Of a stretch of 64,000 bases of DNA, positions 1 to 12,185 are shown one piece after another. Both the position numbers and the translations under genes were made by a program. Within the stretch, counting starts at the first letter, position 1. Each line of letters starts with the position of its first letter. The DNA lies in contig KZ537976.1 of NCBI GenBank assembly GCA_000934665.2, positions 1 through 64,000 of the forward strand. Reading direction: 5' to 3'. The notes below the pieces were generated by a model, which saw nothing but the letters and a program-made list of their open reading frames with translations, was not told where the DNA came from and did not search any database. This DNA is from Catajapyx aquilonaris (taxonomy: Eukaryota).

Positions 1-303
1 GTGTGGCTGGCGATTCTGAAGCTGAAGGATGTGCTGGCGGCTGTCATGGGACAGAGGGAGGACATGGCGCTGTGACTGGCAGCTTCGGAAACCACGAATG
101 TGAGCCTAAGAGGAGACTTTGCTAACTGTAGGGGCGGAGTGTGCAGAGTCTAGGAGCACTGTCGCTGACAGAATGGTGCCTTTGGATCCCCCCTTTGCTC
201 TCCCTTCCTTTGCTCAGGTGGCCAGTGGGAGCACAGCTCTGAGGAGGGAGCCCCTGAGCCCACAACATCCAGTGAGGGTGAAGAGGTTAAGACTCAGGCT
301 GGA

Positions 304-991
304 GTGAAAGAGACTCACAGGAAGGTGTTGCCAGACGCGGTGCTTAACGAAGGCTTTCGAGCCGTGACAAAGGTCAAAGAGGGCTACAAGGTCGGGTGCA
401 GATCAGCAGCACAGCAGGAAGCGGTTATCCAGGCCCTTGGGTCTAGGCAGGGAGCCGCGGCTCATAAGGCGTGGGGGGCCAGGCCCACTTTATTGATCAC
501 TGGAGTTGATACAGGCTTGACGAAGGGGACCTTCATGAGCGAGCTAGAGGCCAGGAATCGAGAGCTGTTGGCGGACCATCAGCCAGTCAGCGAACATGTA
601 CGTGTTGTCTCCAGTCGACCCTGCAGACGAAATAATTTCCGGCAGAATTGGGTCCTGGAGGTGTTGCCACAGCTACATGTTAAAATGCTGGAAGAGGGGC
701 GGATCCTTATTGACATTATGGTGTACAGTGTGCAGGATTTTGTCCGGCATGATAGACGTTCCCGTTGCTTGGCATACGGGCACGTGCAGAACGGCTGTAA
801 GGAGGAGCCGAGATGTGACTTTTGCGCAGGGGAGCATTGAAACCCAGGTATGCAAGAGTATCACTCCAGCGTGTCATAGCTGTATACTGGTGGGCCATTC
901 CACGACCAACCATTCTGTTGGGGCTGCCGATTGCCCAGTGTGGATCAGAAGACGGCAGCAGCTTAAGAATCGTGCCCTCAATGGCTGCTAA
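304..991 (+). pseudogene. Retrotransposon ORF1 (gag-like), frameshifted near 838
   Basis: ORF 304..840 ends RSRCLAYGHVQNGC-KEEPRCDFCAGEH. It continues in another frame (ORF 596..991) as ETQVC...CHSCILVGHSTTNHSVGAADCP, giving three knuckles typical of R1/Jockey ORF1. Confidence 0.8.
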
Positions 992-2138
992 TTATGGAGC
1001 ATTAAGGGTAGGGCAAATAAATGTGGGGAAGGGGGTGGAGGCCACCAGCCTTGTACTAAACTGGGCTATCAACACGAAATTGGACATCTTGTGTCTTCAG
1101 AAACCACACGTCCTCTCCATTAAGAACCGTCTTCGACAAGTGACATTTGTAGATGGAATGGGCAAGGTGGCGCTGCTGGTCCTTTGCCATGGCCTGAGGG
1201 TCACTCGCCTGTCCGCCTACTCTGGTCAAGGGGTTGATGCCTTTGGGGTGGGAAGAGCCGGCATGGAATTAGTCCTTGTCAACTGTAATTTCCTCCAAGA
1301 GTAGATGTGGAGCTTCGATTGAGGAGAATTGACAAGATTCAGCATTTTGCATCACCGTTTAATGCAGAGCCTGCTGTCGGAAGGCTGCCCCCAGGGACTA
1401 GCAGGGATGGTAGAGAGCTTCTTGGGCCCCAGGGAAATGAGATTGCCTGACCTGACATTCATTATGATGAGGGGCTGCCCTCAGGGATTCAGTATGGGCC
1501 CCACCCTTTGGAACCTGGGAATGAATTCTTGGTTTCGAAGAGTTTGGAGGACTGGGGTGAATCCACAAGCTTTTGCGGAAGACCAGGTCCTGCTGCTGCA
1601 TGATCCACCTCCGGAGAATATTGAAATGATGTGGCAGAGTTTGGAGCCGGAGCTCAGTGGGTGGGCCCGTGAGCTGGGGCTGTGCTACAACTCCAGCAAG
1701 CCGGAGGGCAAGCGGATCTGGTGGTGGGGCTGACCTTCCTGCCGGAGACCGGAGCAGCAGTGAGGAGGAGGTGTGGGCGACGGACAGAGGGGATTGGTGC
1801 CATGCCTTTCTTCCTGAGGGGACGACAACCATCACCTGCACGGACATGTGGCTCGGATCATATCCGGCCAAGGCCCATTCTGGGCTTACCTGTCTGGATT
1901 TAGGATGGAGGAGGATGCTCGATGCCCTTGCAATGGGGGACGCCAGGACACTGCTCATATGCTATGGCATTGCACTATCCAGGAGGTGCTGGCTGCCAGG
2001 GGTCCCCTACTCTGTGCGGCCGTGTCACAAGGTCTGGGTTGGCTGTGCCCAAGGATGGTCTTCGTCACCTGTCTCCTTATGGAATCCAGTACCTTCTTCC
2101 TAGCAGCAGACAGTGTATTATCAGTCCTAAATGCTTAG
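981..2138 (+). pseudogene. Retrotransposon ORF2 fragments (endonuclease, reverse transcriptase, C-terminal zinc finger)
   Basis: ATG 981 MAANYGALRVGQINV...DILCLQKP (APE N-terminus). RGCPQGFSMGPTLWN and AFAED (degenerate YADD) in 1329..1733. GQGPFWAYL...CPC...TAHMLWHC in 1848..2138. Stops, frameshifts and large deletions throughout. Confidence 0.85.
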
Positions 2139-2871
2139 ATCTTGCATTGATGACTTATGAATGATTGGACTTATGATGACTGGCGGATTGATGTCTGGCT
2201 GATTGGTGGCTTATGACTGGGTGATGGATGACTGGTGGCAGCCAAGTTGACGTTTTGTTTTGTATTAATTTTGCTATAAATGTTGTGAGTGAATGGGCTG
2301 TTGGGCTTTAACAGGCATGCTCGGTCCAATAAATTCCTAATAAGTCTATTGTAACCTATCAACATAACAGTACTGTCCAAATGGTTTGTCATAGAAAATT
2401 ATTGCGCAGTGGTGCATTCTACTCAGCTCATGAAACTTGACAACACATTAATTTGAGGCCGATAAGATCCACCTGAAAGTCCCAATTTTGAGTTCCTGGA
2501 GTGGCCAGGCATAGTTGATTTTCTGTGTCCTCCAGAACAATTGACACCAAGGTCAACTTCTATCAACTGACATGGGTTTAGCCAAATCTGGTCCAACTTT
2601 TCCCGTTAGGATGCCACCATGTGCTTTGTATACAATAATGGAGTTCCGTTCCACTTTTTGGTAATAGGGTTGTCTTGCAGAGATAATAATGATTTGTGCA
2701 GTTTTAGAAGGATGGATGTTGTGTGGATGTTTGGGTAATTGAGTAGACCAATTGAGGCCCTGCTGAACTTGTTTTGCTATAAACTGTGAAGCTCTTATTA
2801 ACATGACAGTGTGGAATGAAGTGGCATTTTGTGGTATGCATGTAACTGCATTTTTTTTCTCAACCTCTTAG

Positions 2872-3331
2872 GAAGAGCAAGAAGTCAAATAAGCTTGGTG
2901 GGAAGCGCAAGAGTGACGTGTTGGGCAAAGATGACTCCCGAGATTCAACTCCATCCAAGAAGCCAGCCGACTTTTCCAAATCTTCCACACCATCTGCCCC
3001 TGAGGGTTCCAAGACCCCTCTATCTGCTTCAGCTTCGACTAAGGATGTACCACAAATCCCATCTGCCTCTGCCTCTGCCTTGATCCCTTCTGCAGCTCTC
3101 CCATCTGCCACCTCGACTCCTCAACTGGCTGCTGCCACTGCTTCCTCCCACTCTTCCTCCTCATCTAATCAAGACGCTGGAGATTCTCCCCGCAAGAAGA
3201 GGGCCAAATTTGACCCTAACGTGGAGACTGAAGAGCAGTTTGTCACCAAAGTTGAGGTCAAAGTGAAGATACCTGATGAGCTGAAGCCATGGTTGGTTGA
3301 TGACTGGGAGATGATCACACATCAGAAAAAG
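2872..3331 (+). CDS. MRG15: MRG15/MORF4L1 internal coding exon (Lys-rich and Ser/Ala/Pro-rich linker, start of MRG domain)
   Basis: Acceptor ctcttag at 2871, donor aag|gtatgt at 3332. Encodes ...[47 protein letters not shown], a hallmark MRG15 sequence. Confidence 0.93.
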
Positions 3332-3569
3332 GTATGTTAGCCACTTTTCTCTAAGGTTGTTTATATGACGTGGAATGAGAAAGGAAGAAAGCTCATGCTC
3401 TAGGCTCCTGGTGGTGCAGTGCTTGGGTGTAGTCATAAAGCCTTGAGTGTGAACTGAAGTCATGCTTTCCAGATTGTGTTGGAAACATAGTGTATCAGCA
3501 CTGCTACTGTAAAACATTCAGTCAGACAAGTGTATTACATACCATATAAATTATTACATTCTCTTCTAG

Positions 3570-3834
3570 CTTGTGAACCTTCCCGCAAAGACAAGTGTGG
3601 ACAAAATAATGAGTGACTACGTGAAGCTCAAGACATCTAGCAAGGCCAACAATCCCAACAAGGAGAGTGCAGTGTTGGAGGTGACCAATGGGATCAAGGA
3701 GTATTTCAATGTGATGCTTGGCCCCCAGCTGCTGTACAAATTTGAGCGTCCCCAGTACGCTGAGATCATGCAGCAAAACAAAGATAATCCCCCAAGCGCT
3801 GTCTATGGGGCCGTGCATCTGCTGCGCCTTTTTG
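3570..3834 (+). CDS. MRG15: MRG15 coding exon (MRG domain)
   Basis: Acceptor ctcttctag; LVNLPAKTSVDKIMSDY...GIKEYFNVMLGPQLLYKFERPQY...VYGAVHLLRLF; phase-1 donor g|gtaggt. Confidence 0.95.
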
Positions 3835-4681
3835 GTAGGTAACCTTGCATCAGCCAACCATTTTTTAGGAGCTGAAGCGGCACAGGACTGATGTAGCAAG
3901 AATTCATCAATTAACTTGTCCAGTGGCTTAGTATTTGCACACGAGGAAATATCAAATGAATAGGATTTCTCCAGATGTAAAAGACATGTGCCATTCACTT
4001 TTTAAATCAATCAGTGCAGTGATGAGCATGGGATTTTCCATTTTCCAAGCAACCATTCAATGTATGTTGGGGGTTGCAGTAGTCCCTGAAAAAGAAGCTG
4101 AGTAGTGGAAAACACATTTAGAGGCAGCAGCTGAAAACATGCATTCTGTGTTGCACCACATCCATTGGCAGAAAACTCTTTTGATCAGAAAACAGATTCT
4201 GCCAAAGATCTTCGTTTTCACAACTCTGCAGACTTAGTCCTCACCATGCCATCCAGGCATGCAAAAGTAGTTACCGTAACTGTTTATCAAAAGGCCATGT
4301 GCTGTATGTGTGCACACATTCATCCCTCATCCGATCAGAGAGCAGGAGGAGAAAATATGTCTTCCTGCAGGCTAAAAACAGCAAATGTTGACTGGGTTTG
4401 GTGGTGGGCCCATTCTGAGTGGCCTTTTTTCAGCTCTGTACAGCTATTTGAGGGGAAAGCCAGTTTATGCACCTGATGCAGGATGAAAATTTCCTGCCTA
4501 AAAAGAGGCTAGAAGCATGATTTAGGATGTTGTGCAGCATTGGGCCCCATTTCAGACAGACTTTATCTGTGATTCTAACAGCCACTGATTTCCTGCATGT
4601 GATTTAGGGAACACCCAATTTCCAATCATCTAGATGCAAAGGTCAGCTGTGAACAAAGAGTTCTGCTATAAAATATATATA

Positions 4682-4860
4682 CAGGGTGTCCATAAATGTT
4701 TGTCAACTTTTGAAAGTTGTGCAATTTCTATTGGTTGCGGCTTGGTTTCGGTGTTCAATGGCAAGACAGGCATAGAACGAAAGAGCACATTTTGAAGTTT
4801 TTGTTGCACACACTACAAGTGCTCAATATGAGCACATTTCGTCACACGACACACATCAAG
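4682..4860 (-). mobile_element. Tc1/mariner transposon 3' remnant within an MRG15 intron
   Basis: TA-flanked terminus TA|CAGGGTGTCC at 4680-4690. Minus strand 4860..4813 reads LDVCRVTKCAHIEHL*, matching the C-terminus of a mariner-family transposase. Confidence 0.75.
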
Positions 4861-5682
4861 GCTTGAGGAGATACTTTATTCATCAATAAGAGTTTGCTGT
4901 TTCTTGCTCCTGAGAATCTGCAAAGAATAATCCGAAGAGAACATGTAAGTTTCCATGGCCGTAGAGACTAGCAAGGCATCCTTGTGTGTGTATGGGTTGT
5001 GTTTTGCATGAGAAATTCCCTGAGTGGCCTTTTACGATCTTTGTATTTGGGAAGATAGGTGTATCTTAAGACTGGATAGCTGCTTGGCAGAGCCTGGTTC
5101 TGATTACGAAACAGGGTGGCATCAGTTTGAACTCTTGCCGTTGATGTGGGTTGCAATTGGGGGACTTCCAGAATTCCCATATGACATTTGTATCTTTACA
5201 TCAACTTCAATCGTCAACCTAATGGGGCTCTCATAAAGAACTGTGAGACGCTGCCAAAACCACAACCTTCAGTGGCAGATGAGGTTGACTCCTTCATGTG
5301 GGTGTGTTGAACGTTGTGAAATACAAAGCATGTGGTTGAGATACAGCACCTCTGCTCCATGTAATACAGCGTGATTGTGGTTCATGCAGGTGATCCATGA
5401 AGGACATATTTGGCATTATGATGCAACATTTCATAGGAATGATATTTGCCTAGTGAATGTTTTCCAGCCAGTGACAGGCATTCACATTGTGAGCTGCATA
5501 TGACATTGATATGCAAGGTGATCTGTCCAAATCCAGACAGTAATGTTATCTGGTGACTTGTCATTGATTAGAGCAGTTGTTGCTCTCATCACATGACAAG
5601 GAATGTATTAGGGTTGGGCATTTTGCCCGTTTTACCGGTATGCAAACTTGAATTTTAAATTTGTTATTATTTTTATTTGCAG

Positions 5683-5767
5683 TAAAACTGGGGAGCATGC
5701 TGGCTTACACCCCTCTGGATGAGAAGAGCGTCCAGCTGTTGCTGTTCCATATCCAGGATTTTCTCCG
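5683..5767 (+). CDS. MRG15: MRG15 coding exon
   Basis: Acceptor ttgcag; (V)[27 protein letters not shown](R); donor cg|gttagc; phases match both neighbours. Confidence 0.93.
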
Positions 5768-6069
5768 GTTAGCATTTCTTTTGATACAGGGTGTTTCTCT
5801 GCACAAGCTAATGATCCAAATGGTGGAGGATGGGGAAAAGTTTATGGATATTATTCACCCCTGGGTGATATAAACGTAATCGATGGCATGTGAAAAAGTA
5901 AAGGTAGCTGCATGGGAGTTTGAATGCATGTGAATTACAGGGATGCTTAACACTTGAGGCTTCTGGGCTAATATGAATGCCAGAGGTAATGATCACTTTA
6001 ATTTATTAGTGCTCTTGTACTTTTGGTTAAAGTCTTGTTTTGTTTCTCCCTCTCTTTCTTTATATTTAG

Positions 6070-6154
6070 ATATATGCACAGGAACAGTTCAGCGCTTTTC
6101 AACCTCCAGGCGTACGGTATTCCTCCGCCGGAGTATCAACGAAAGGCAATGTGA
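6070..6154 (+). CDS. MRG15: MRG15 last coding exon
   Basis: Long pyrimidine tract then tttag; (R)YMHRNSSALFNLQAYGIPPPEYQRKAM*, matching the conserved PPEYxRKA C-terminus; TGA at 6152-6154. Confidence 0.93.
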
Positions 6155-6256
6155 AATACGGAGGACGATGGGGAGGATGACTTTGGGGCACCAGGGGGAG
6201 GTGGGGGGTGGGACTCTGGGTGAATGGGGGAGGCAGTAGGGTGGGGTGTGACTGAA

Positions 6257-7053
6257 AATAAATGCTCCCCTTTCTGCAGCTTTGGAGTTCGACCCAGAAA
6301 CTGGTGTAAGGGGCACTTGGCTTGGGGCCAAAAGGTAAACATAAGGAGGGATGGAACTGATGGGTACTGTCATTGACTAGGAAGTTATGTCGTAGTGTAG
6401 GGAAGGATTTGTACTTTTATATTCAGATGGACGTGGAGGTTGCCGACTTGGGAACCAAGGGGGCTCATGTTGTAAAATTAATATTGCACAAGTTCAGTGT
6501 GATGAGCAAAGTTATTTGGAAGATATATCCACTTGATTGGTACCTGATTTTTTAATCAATGACAGTTAGTGCTAAAGCAACCTTGCTTATTAGCCTTGGT
6601 TGCACGTAGTGTAGTCTGGAAAAGTGGTTTTGAAAGTGTACATTTAGCTTTTCGAAGTAACGAGGAGCGTGTTTTGTCATGATCAGCGTACGAGTAAAGG
6701 GTGTGAATTTCAAATATCCTCCTCACCCCCTTGCCTCCTCCTACCTGCATCCTCTGCTGCTTCGGAGAGAGTTGCCACTGAAAATAGCTGCGAATCCCAG
6801 CAGCCCTGAAAATGCCAGCAGAGGGGGATTGGGGAGGGGCCAACTAGAAATAGATCTGGTGGGGAAATAAATGCCTGGCTAAGATTCTTCACTTGACATT
6901 CTCTTACGCCCCAAACTCATTGCCTTCAGCTTCCTTCTTCATCCTTCGAGGGAATTTTCATTTTTGGCCTATATTGTAGTAGGATAAGGTCGAAATGGGC
7001 CACTCATGATGGCGAAGCTTGCTTTCCACTGTGTGTTGCTTAAAGAAAATAAA
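6257..7053 (+). terminator. Candidate MRG15 polyadenylation signals
   Basis: AATAAA at 6257, 6866 and 7048 downstream of the stop; which is used is unknown. Confidence 0.4.
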
Positions 7054-10000
7054 GGTATGCACTGTACCCCTGATTATATTATCCGTGCATCGCCAAAACC
7101 AGTTTTAAATGAAAGTCCAAAATAATGTCATTGTGTCATGCAAAAAAAGGAATATGACATAATTTTTTCAGAAGTGAAACTAAAAATCTATTTTAAGTTT
7201 TATTATTTGGATTATTTCAAGCAACATACAGTATGTACAGTGGTTAATTTAAAACTTCTGAATAGCTCATTTTTACTGTATGTATAGGACCATCTTTGGA
7301 TTATTAACAGTGTTTTCAAATTTTCTGGGCACGCCTGTACATTAGAACAGATAATTATGAGTACAGTGTGTGAAAATGTGTTCAGAGCGAATCAAGCTTC
7401 AGAATGCATTTATGGTCTTCGTCCATTTGACATGTTTTGCCATACGGTTCTGTTGATCTGCATTTTGTGATGTATTTGGACATTGTATCAGGCATTTGTA
7501 ATGTAAAAAAAAATGTGCAATTAAATGCTGGTAGTGTAACCGACTTGTTTATTAATTAAGAGACTGTCATCATCAGCAGCTGCTGCGTGTCATCCTAAGT
7601 AAAAGAAAAATCGATCGTCCGCATCTAAAAAAAAAGGGTATCAAGATAATGGGAAGAAATTCCCTGGAGACGCTTCCAAATTTTCCAAGACATTTCTCGC
7701 GTTGTTATATGCCTTGTGAGCAGCCAACTTTGTTGCACACTGGCTATACGTGACTGCATTATCTGCATATTATACCAGCCATCAAGTGACAGCAATCGCT
7801 CGTAAAAATAACATCCAGTTGAGCAATCGAAATCCATGTCATTGTCACATGACTCGGATTGCTCAAGGAAACGCTTTTGAGTTATTCGATGTTGATTCCT
7901 CGGCCAAGTGTGGTTTGCCCTCGATACAAGCCCGTGATAATAAAGACTCGGCTTTGGCTTGTATACGAAGAGAGAGAAAAAAAGGCACACGATGGATGAC
8001 GCATTTGAAGGGCCAAATAAGGCGAAGTGAGCCAAGAGCCGCATATGGAAGTTGAGGTGTTTTGTAATGGGCCACGGTCACCTTTTTGGGGAAAGGTGGC
8101 CCTTGTGTGCCCCTGGTTAGACGCCATCGAGACCGGCCTTGATTTTACCTCCAAAGCTTTGCCACTTTGTTTCCAATGCCTCATGATTCGGGAAGTGCGC
8201 GGGATTAATTAACTGAGAAACTTCTGCGAGACACACGATAAAAACTAGGTCATTGGCTCAGAAAAAGTGGGCTACCCAAATACCCAATAGATGGCTAATT
8301 GCACTTTCGTTGAGATGAAATATGGATGTTTTTTCTTAAAATAATTTGCTTTCTAGGACTTAAAAAGATGGCCAGGAGGTTTTTTTATTCGCAAACATTC
8401 GGGTCAGTCGGTTGTGTTTTCCAATTTGCGCTTGTGCCATCCCGCTTTTTTTTTTCCTGGCTGTGTGTATACAAGGTTTAAATTAGAAGCATGGTAATGG
8501 CTCTCGATTAGGGAGCTAAATTCAGATGGCGAACAATTAATTTGCAATTGTTGTGTAACATGGATCCGACCGATTTTTATTGCAATTTTTTAGATTGCGA
8601 AAAAATGCGAACACTTATGGCCAATTAAAACTTTGCTCCAATTTTGTTACTACATCTAGGGAAAACAAATCTGCATCGCATATACGTAAATCTGGATGGT
8701 TTTTAAATAAATCATGTTTATACTCCACGAAAAAAGCCGAAAATTCGCAATCAATTACAGTATAATGAATACGTTGCAGAGGTTATGTTTTTACTGCAAT
8801 GCAACGTGTTGGTTGTATACGAAGTTATAAAATAATGTAACAGTAAAAAAAAAGTCATTTGCATACAAAAGTCTGTTCGAGGGCACAGTTTGTAGGTTAA
8901 TTGCAATCCGCATTAAAATTCATGCGCGAATTAATTGGCCTCATTTTTATTGTTCAGAAATATTCATATATTACACCTGATTTTTAATTGACCGCGTTTT
9001 TTTCTCTCTCTCTTAAATACAATTTGTTCGGAATTTCACTTCCGGGCTGGAAACCCTTTCCTGTATTGTTTAAAATTCTGGAACAAGCGCCCAATTTGTA
9101 ACACTTTGAGCTTCATTATACCATAGGTGTTGTCCACATTACGCCAGGTATGTCAGGAAGGTGTAGGACATTTGGGGGTCCGCACCTTTTGGAGGTTTCC
9201 ATCCTGGCGACCTTACAAGGACGAAGCAAGACCGAATTACAGGTCGGTCCGGACCTGCCAACTGAGTCACCCGAACCTATATTATGACATCCTTTTTGTG
9301 TCAACTTGCAGGTTCAGTTACCCAAACGCCCTCGACAGGAGGAGTAACCGTGTCAAACATTGATATCACTTGCCCATATAATGAGTTTCTCGAACGTGAC
9401 AAAAAAACGGTGCATTGTGACAAATGCTTGGCATACTTTGAGAGCAGGCCCGACTATTTTGGTTTTGACCAGACGCAGTTGGGGGTCAAGTGTCACATGG
9501 TAATTACGTGTTAGTGAGAGGGTCGGTTTATAGCCCCCCCCCCCCCCCCCAAATCTCTTGCGAAATAGCTTCCCACCAACGGGATATTTTTTAAATACAT
9601 TTTTTTTTTTGGACTCAATACAAGTGCTGTGGGGGCGCCAATGACGTTGGAGATGAAAAAGATAACTTCGCACATTTCACACTCGTTACTAAATCACTCT
9701 TTTTGGAGATGGAATGAGTCCGACCCTCTCTTTTCAAGGCAACCGGACAATTTTTCACATTCCCTGCACCAGGAATAACAATAGACCATGCTATATTATT
9801 TTCGCACTAATTGAAAACAATTCCATATAAAAATGTTGTGACTTTACACTTGGGAATAAATAAATTTGTGGCAATTACACAGACACGACTACAATTTGTT
9901 GGCAAATTACTGGGACAAACTAGGTAATAACGCAGGTGCCGGTTGCCTAAAGGGTGAAGAACGGCGTTTGAGTGATTTGCAATTTTTTTTTTGCATTGCC

Positions 10001-11823
10001 AAGTGGTAATGGGAGGTGCACGACTAGATAACCTTGTAACCGTTTTCTGACATTGAATTAATGGAAGAAAGGTAAACTTCATTTTGCACTGGGCAATTTT
10101 CCAGTGTTCATTGTCACTGCGAGTTGTGCCAATCAGTCCTGAGGGAATGTTATTTGGAACCAGGATGGGTGTGGGGGAAACCGGATTTGCACATTTCTGG
10201 AACCATCCCTCCAGCAAAATACCTCCATTTTTTCAGCTCATTACAATGATTTGTGCATGATTAGTATCAGAAGATGAAATTAATTTTAATTCCGATTCAA
10301 CTGCAAGAATAGCTTCCTTGGGGGAAAATAAAAGCTGATGTGTGAATTGGTCTTGTACAGAGCTGATTTCCTTTTCGTTATAGAAGAGTGAGCCTGATGT
10401 TTCCTCTCCGTACATCTCTTTGGCTTTGGTAATAGCCTGAAGACATTGTTTGCATCACTGGGCTGTGTATGCCACACAAAGATTACCGCCCGGGATTTCA
10501 TCATCATTCCGCCCGTGAAATTACAGAGTGAGATGCCCCGAGGACATCGTGATTCGAGTTGTTTTTCGAGCACCTCGCCCCTTATTCGCATGCAACTCGA
10601 ATAGGACACCCGGAATGAACCACATTCTTGGTGCACTGGGGTCCACTCCCATCATCCTCATCATCATTTTGAGAGAAAGAAAAGGTGCAACAACCGTCAA
10701 CCCAATCCAGCCTCTGCTGCTTTAGTTTTCTTGGACAAAGTCAGCTCCTTGAGGGAGATATCCGCTAAAATAAGTGGTGTTCCAAAAGTCGTTTGGGCTG
10801 AGAGCTGTGTAAGGACAGGGTAAGGCGATCCGGGGCCGTCTGTGAGGAAACTTGGCGCTGCTGGCATACCAGTCGTCTCCTCGGGGCCCAATCTGCCTCA
10901 GTGCTCCAAGAGTCTCCGACCAGCTAGGTTTGCGACTCGAGACACCCGGCACTCTCACGGTTGTAGGTACGTACCCCCCCAGAGTTGGTGACAAGTCTAG
11001 TGACCTGTGATCAGTGATGCAAGTGACCACACACAATTTTATGGAGATGGGATTTTTGTCATAGAAAAAAATGGTTGTGAGAGTGGTTGTGTGAAAGTGT
11101 GCAGTGGACAGTATAATTATAGTGACAATTTATTACGTGCACGGTTTTATGATTATGGTGAATTGCCGCGCAGTGCAAGCACGTTTTAATCGACGAATCT
11201 GCATATCTGCAACATGCACATAGTTCATGACACTCAAACGACACGTTCATTGATTCAAAACTATGATTTATTGTCACCACACCCTGCTGACAACAACATC
11301 CACGCACTGTCACACTATACCAACTCACCACATTGATAATAAGCGATTTGGCTATAGATTTGGAGGACGAACCTAGGCAAAGAGCTCGGTTCAAATTTGG
11401 TTATGCAAGAGAGAGGCTACTGGGCCTATTAAAAGAAGCATACAGAATTAGTCCAGGATGCCCGCATCCGATGGAATGTCACCTGGCTCGGGAAAACAAT
11501 TCAGTTGCGTAATGACCACTCTTTTTTGCACGTAAGGTGGTTAGGTTAGCAATGTCATTGACATCCATATACATCTCGGATACTCATTACCTCATAAACA
11601 GTTAGGCAACAAAAAAAATGACCGCAATCGTAGGTTGCGTCCGTCCTTGAGAAAAGAAGTTAACCTCTACTTTCAATTTTTTATATATACCACTATACTT
11701 GATCGGAGTTGTCCCTGACTGAAAAAAAAGGTTATTTGGAGGACCATACTGAATTGCTGTACCGTTTTCTTCTGTTATAGCTTTCTCCTTGTCGTGTGAG
11801 GGACCCCCTACACAACAGCCACC

Positions 11824-11937
11824 ATGGATGCCATCAAGAAGAAGATGCAGGCGATGAAGCTGGAGAAGGAGAATGCTATGGACAGGGCTGACGCCTGTGA
11901 GCAGCAGTCTCGCGACGCCGGTCTCCGTGCCGATAAG
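11824..11937 (+). CDS. Tm1: Tropomyosin muscle-type first coding exon (aa 1-38); exon probably begins at 11781
   Basis: Kozak gccacc[42 protein letters not shown]; donor aag|gtgtga. An upstream acceptor (ttctgttatag, 11780) implies a non-coding first exon. Confidence 0.97.
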
Positions 11938-12059
11938 GTGTGACCTCACTCAGAATATTCACTTAGAAAAATAATTGTGACATACTCTTGATGTCTAGGA
12001 AATGACCTAATTTGTCTACAGTACGTTACTGACAAAAATTATTTTGAATTCCAATAAAG

Positions 12060-12185
12060 GCCGAAGAGGAAGTCCGTGCCCTCCAGAAGAAGATCCAGCA
12101 GATTGAGAATGAATTGGACCAGACCCAAGAGAATCTCATGCAGGCCAACACCAAACTGGAAGAGAAGGACAAGGCTCTGCAGAAC
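12060..12185 (+). CDS. Tm1: Tropomyosin exon (aa 39-80)
   Basis: [42 protein letters not shown], 126 nt; AAG acceptor, donor gtgagt. Confidence 0.96.

Larger units (their letters stand above)
1..2240 (+). mobile_element. Degenerate, internally deleted non-LTR retrotransposon (R1-clade-like); outer boundaries approximate
   Basis: Ordered remnants: gag-like ORF1 with zinc knuckles, APE endonuclease start, RT core motifs, C-terminal CCHC finger, then a degenerate TGA/TGG-rich tail at ~2150-2240. Confidence 0.85.

Noticed and set aside
4870..5570. Cys/Trp-rich minus-strand reading in the MRG15 intron, possibly an env-like remnant
   Set aside because: Multiple stops and no recognisable motif; cannot be supported without a search.
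5785..5865. Second TACAGGGTG mariner-like terminus
   Set aside because: No convincing partner TIR or transposase remnant.
7625..8184. Overlapping 100-139 aa ORFs after MRG15
   Set aside because: No domain-like pattern or coherent splice sites.
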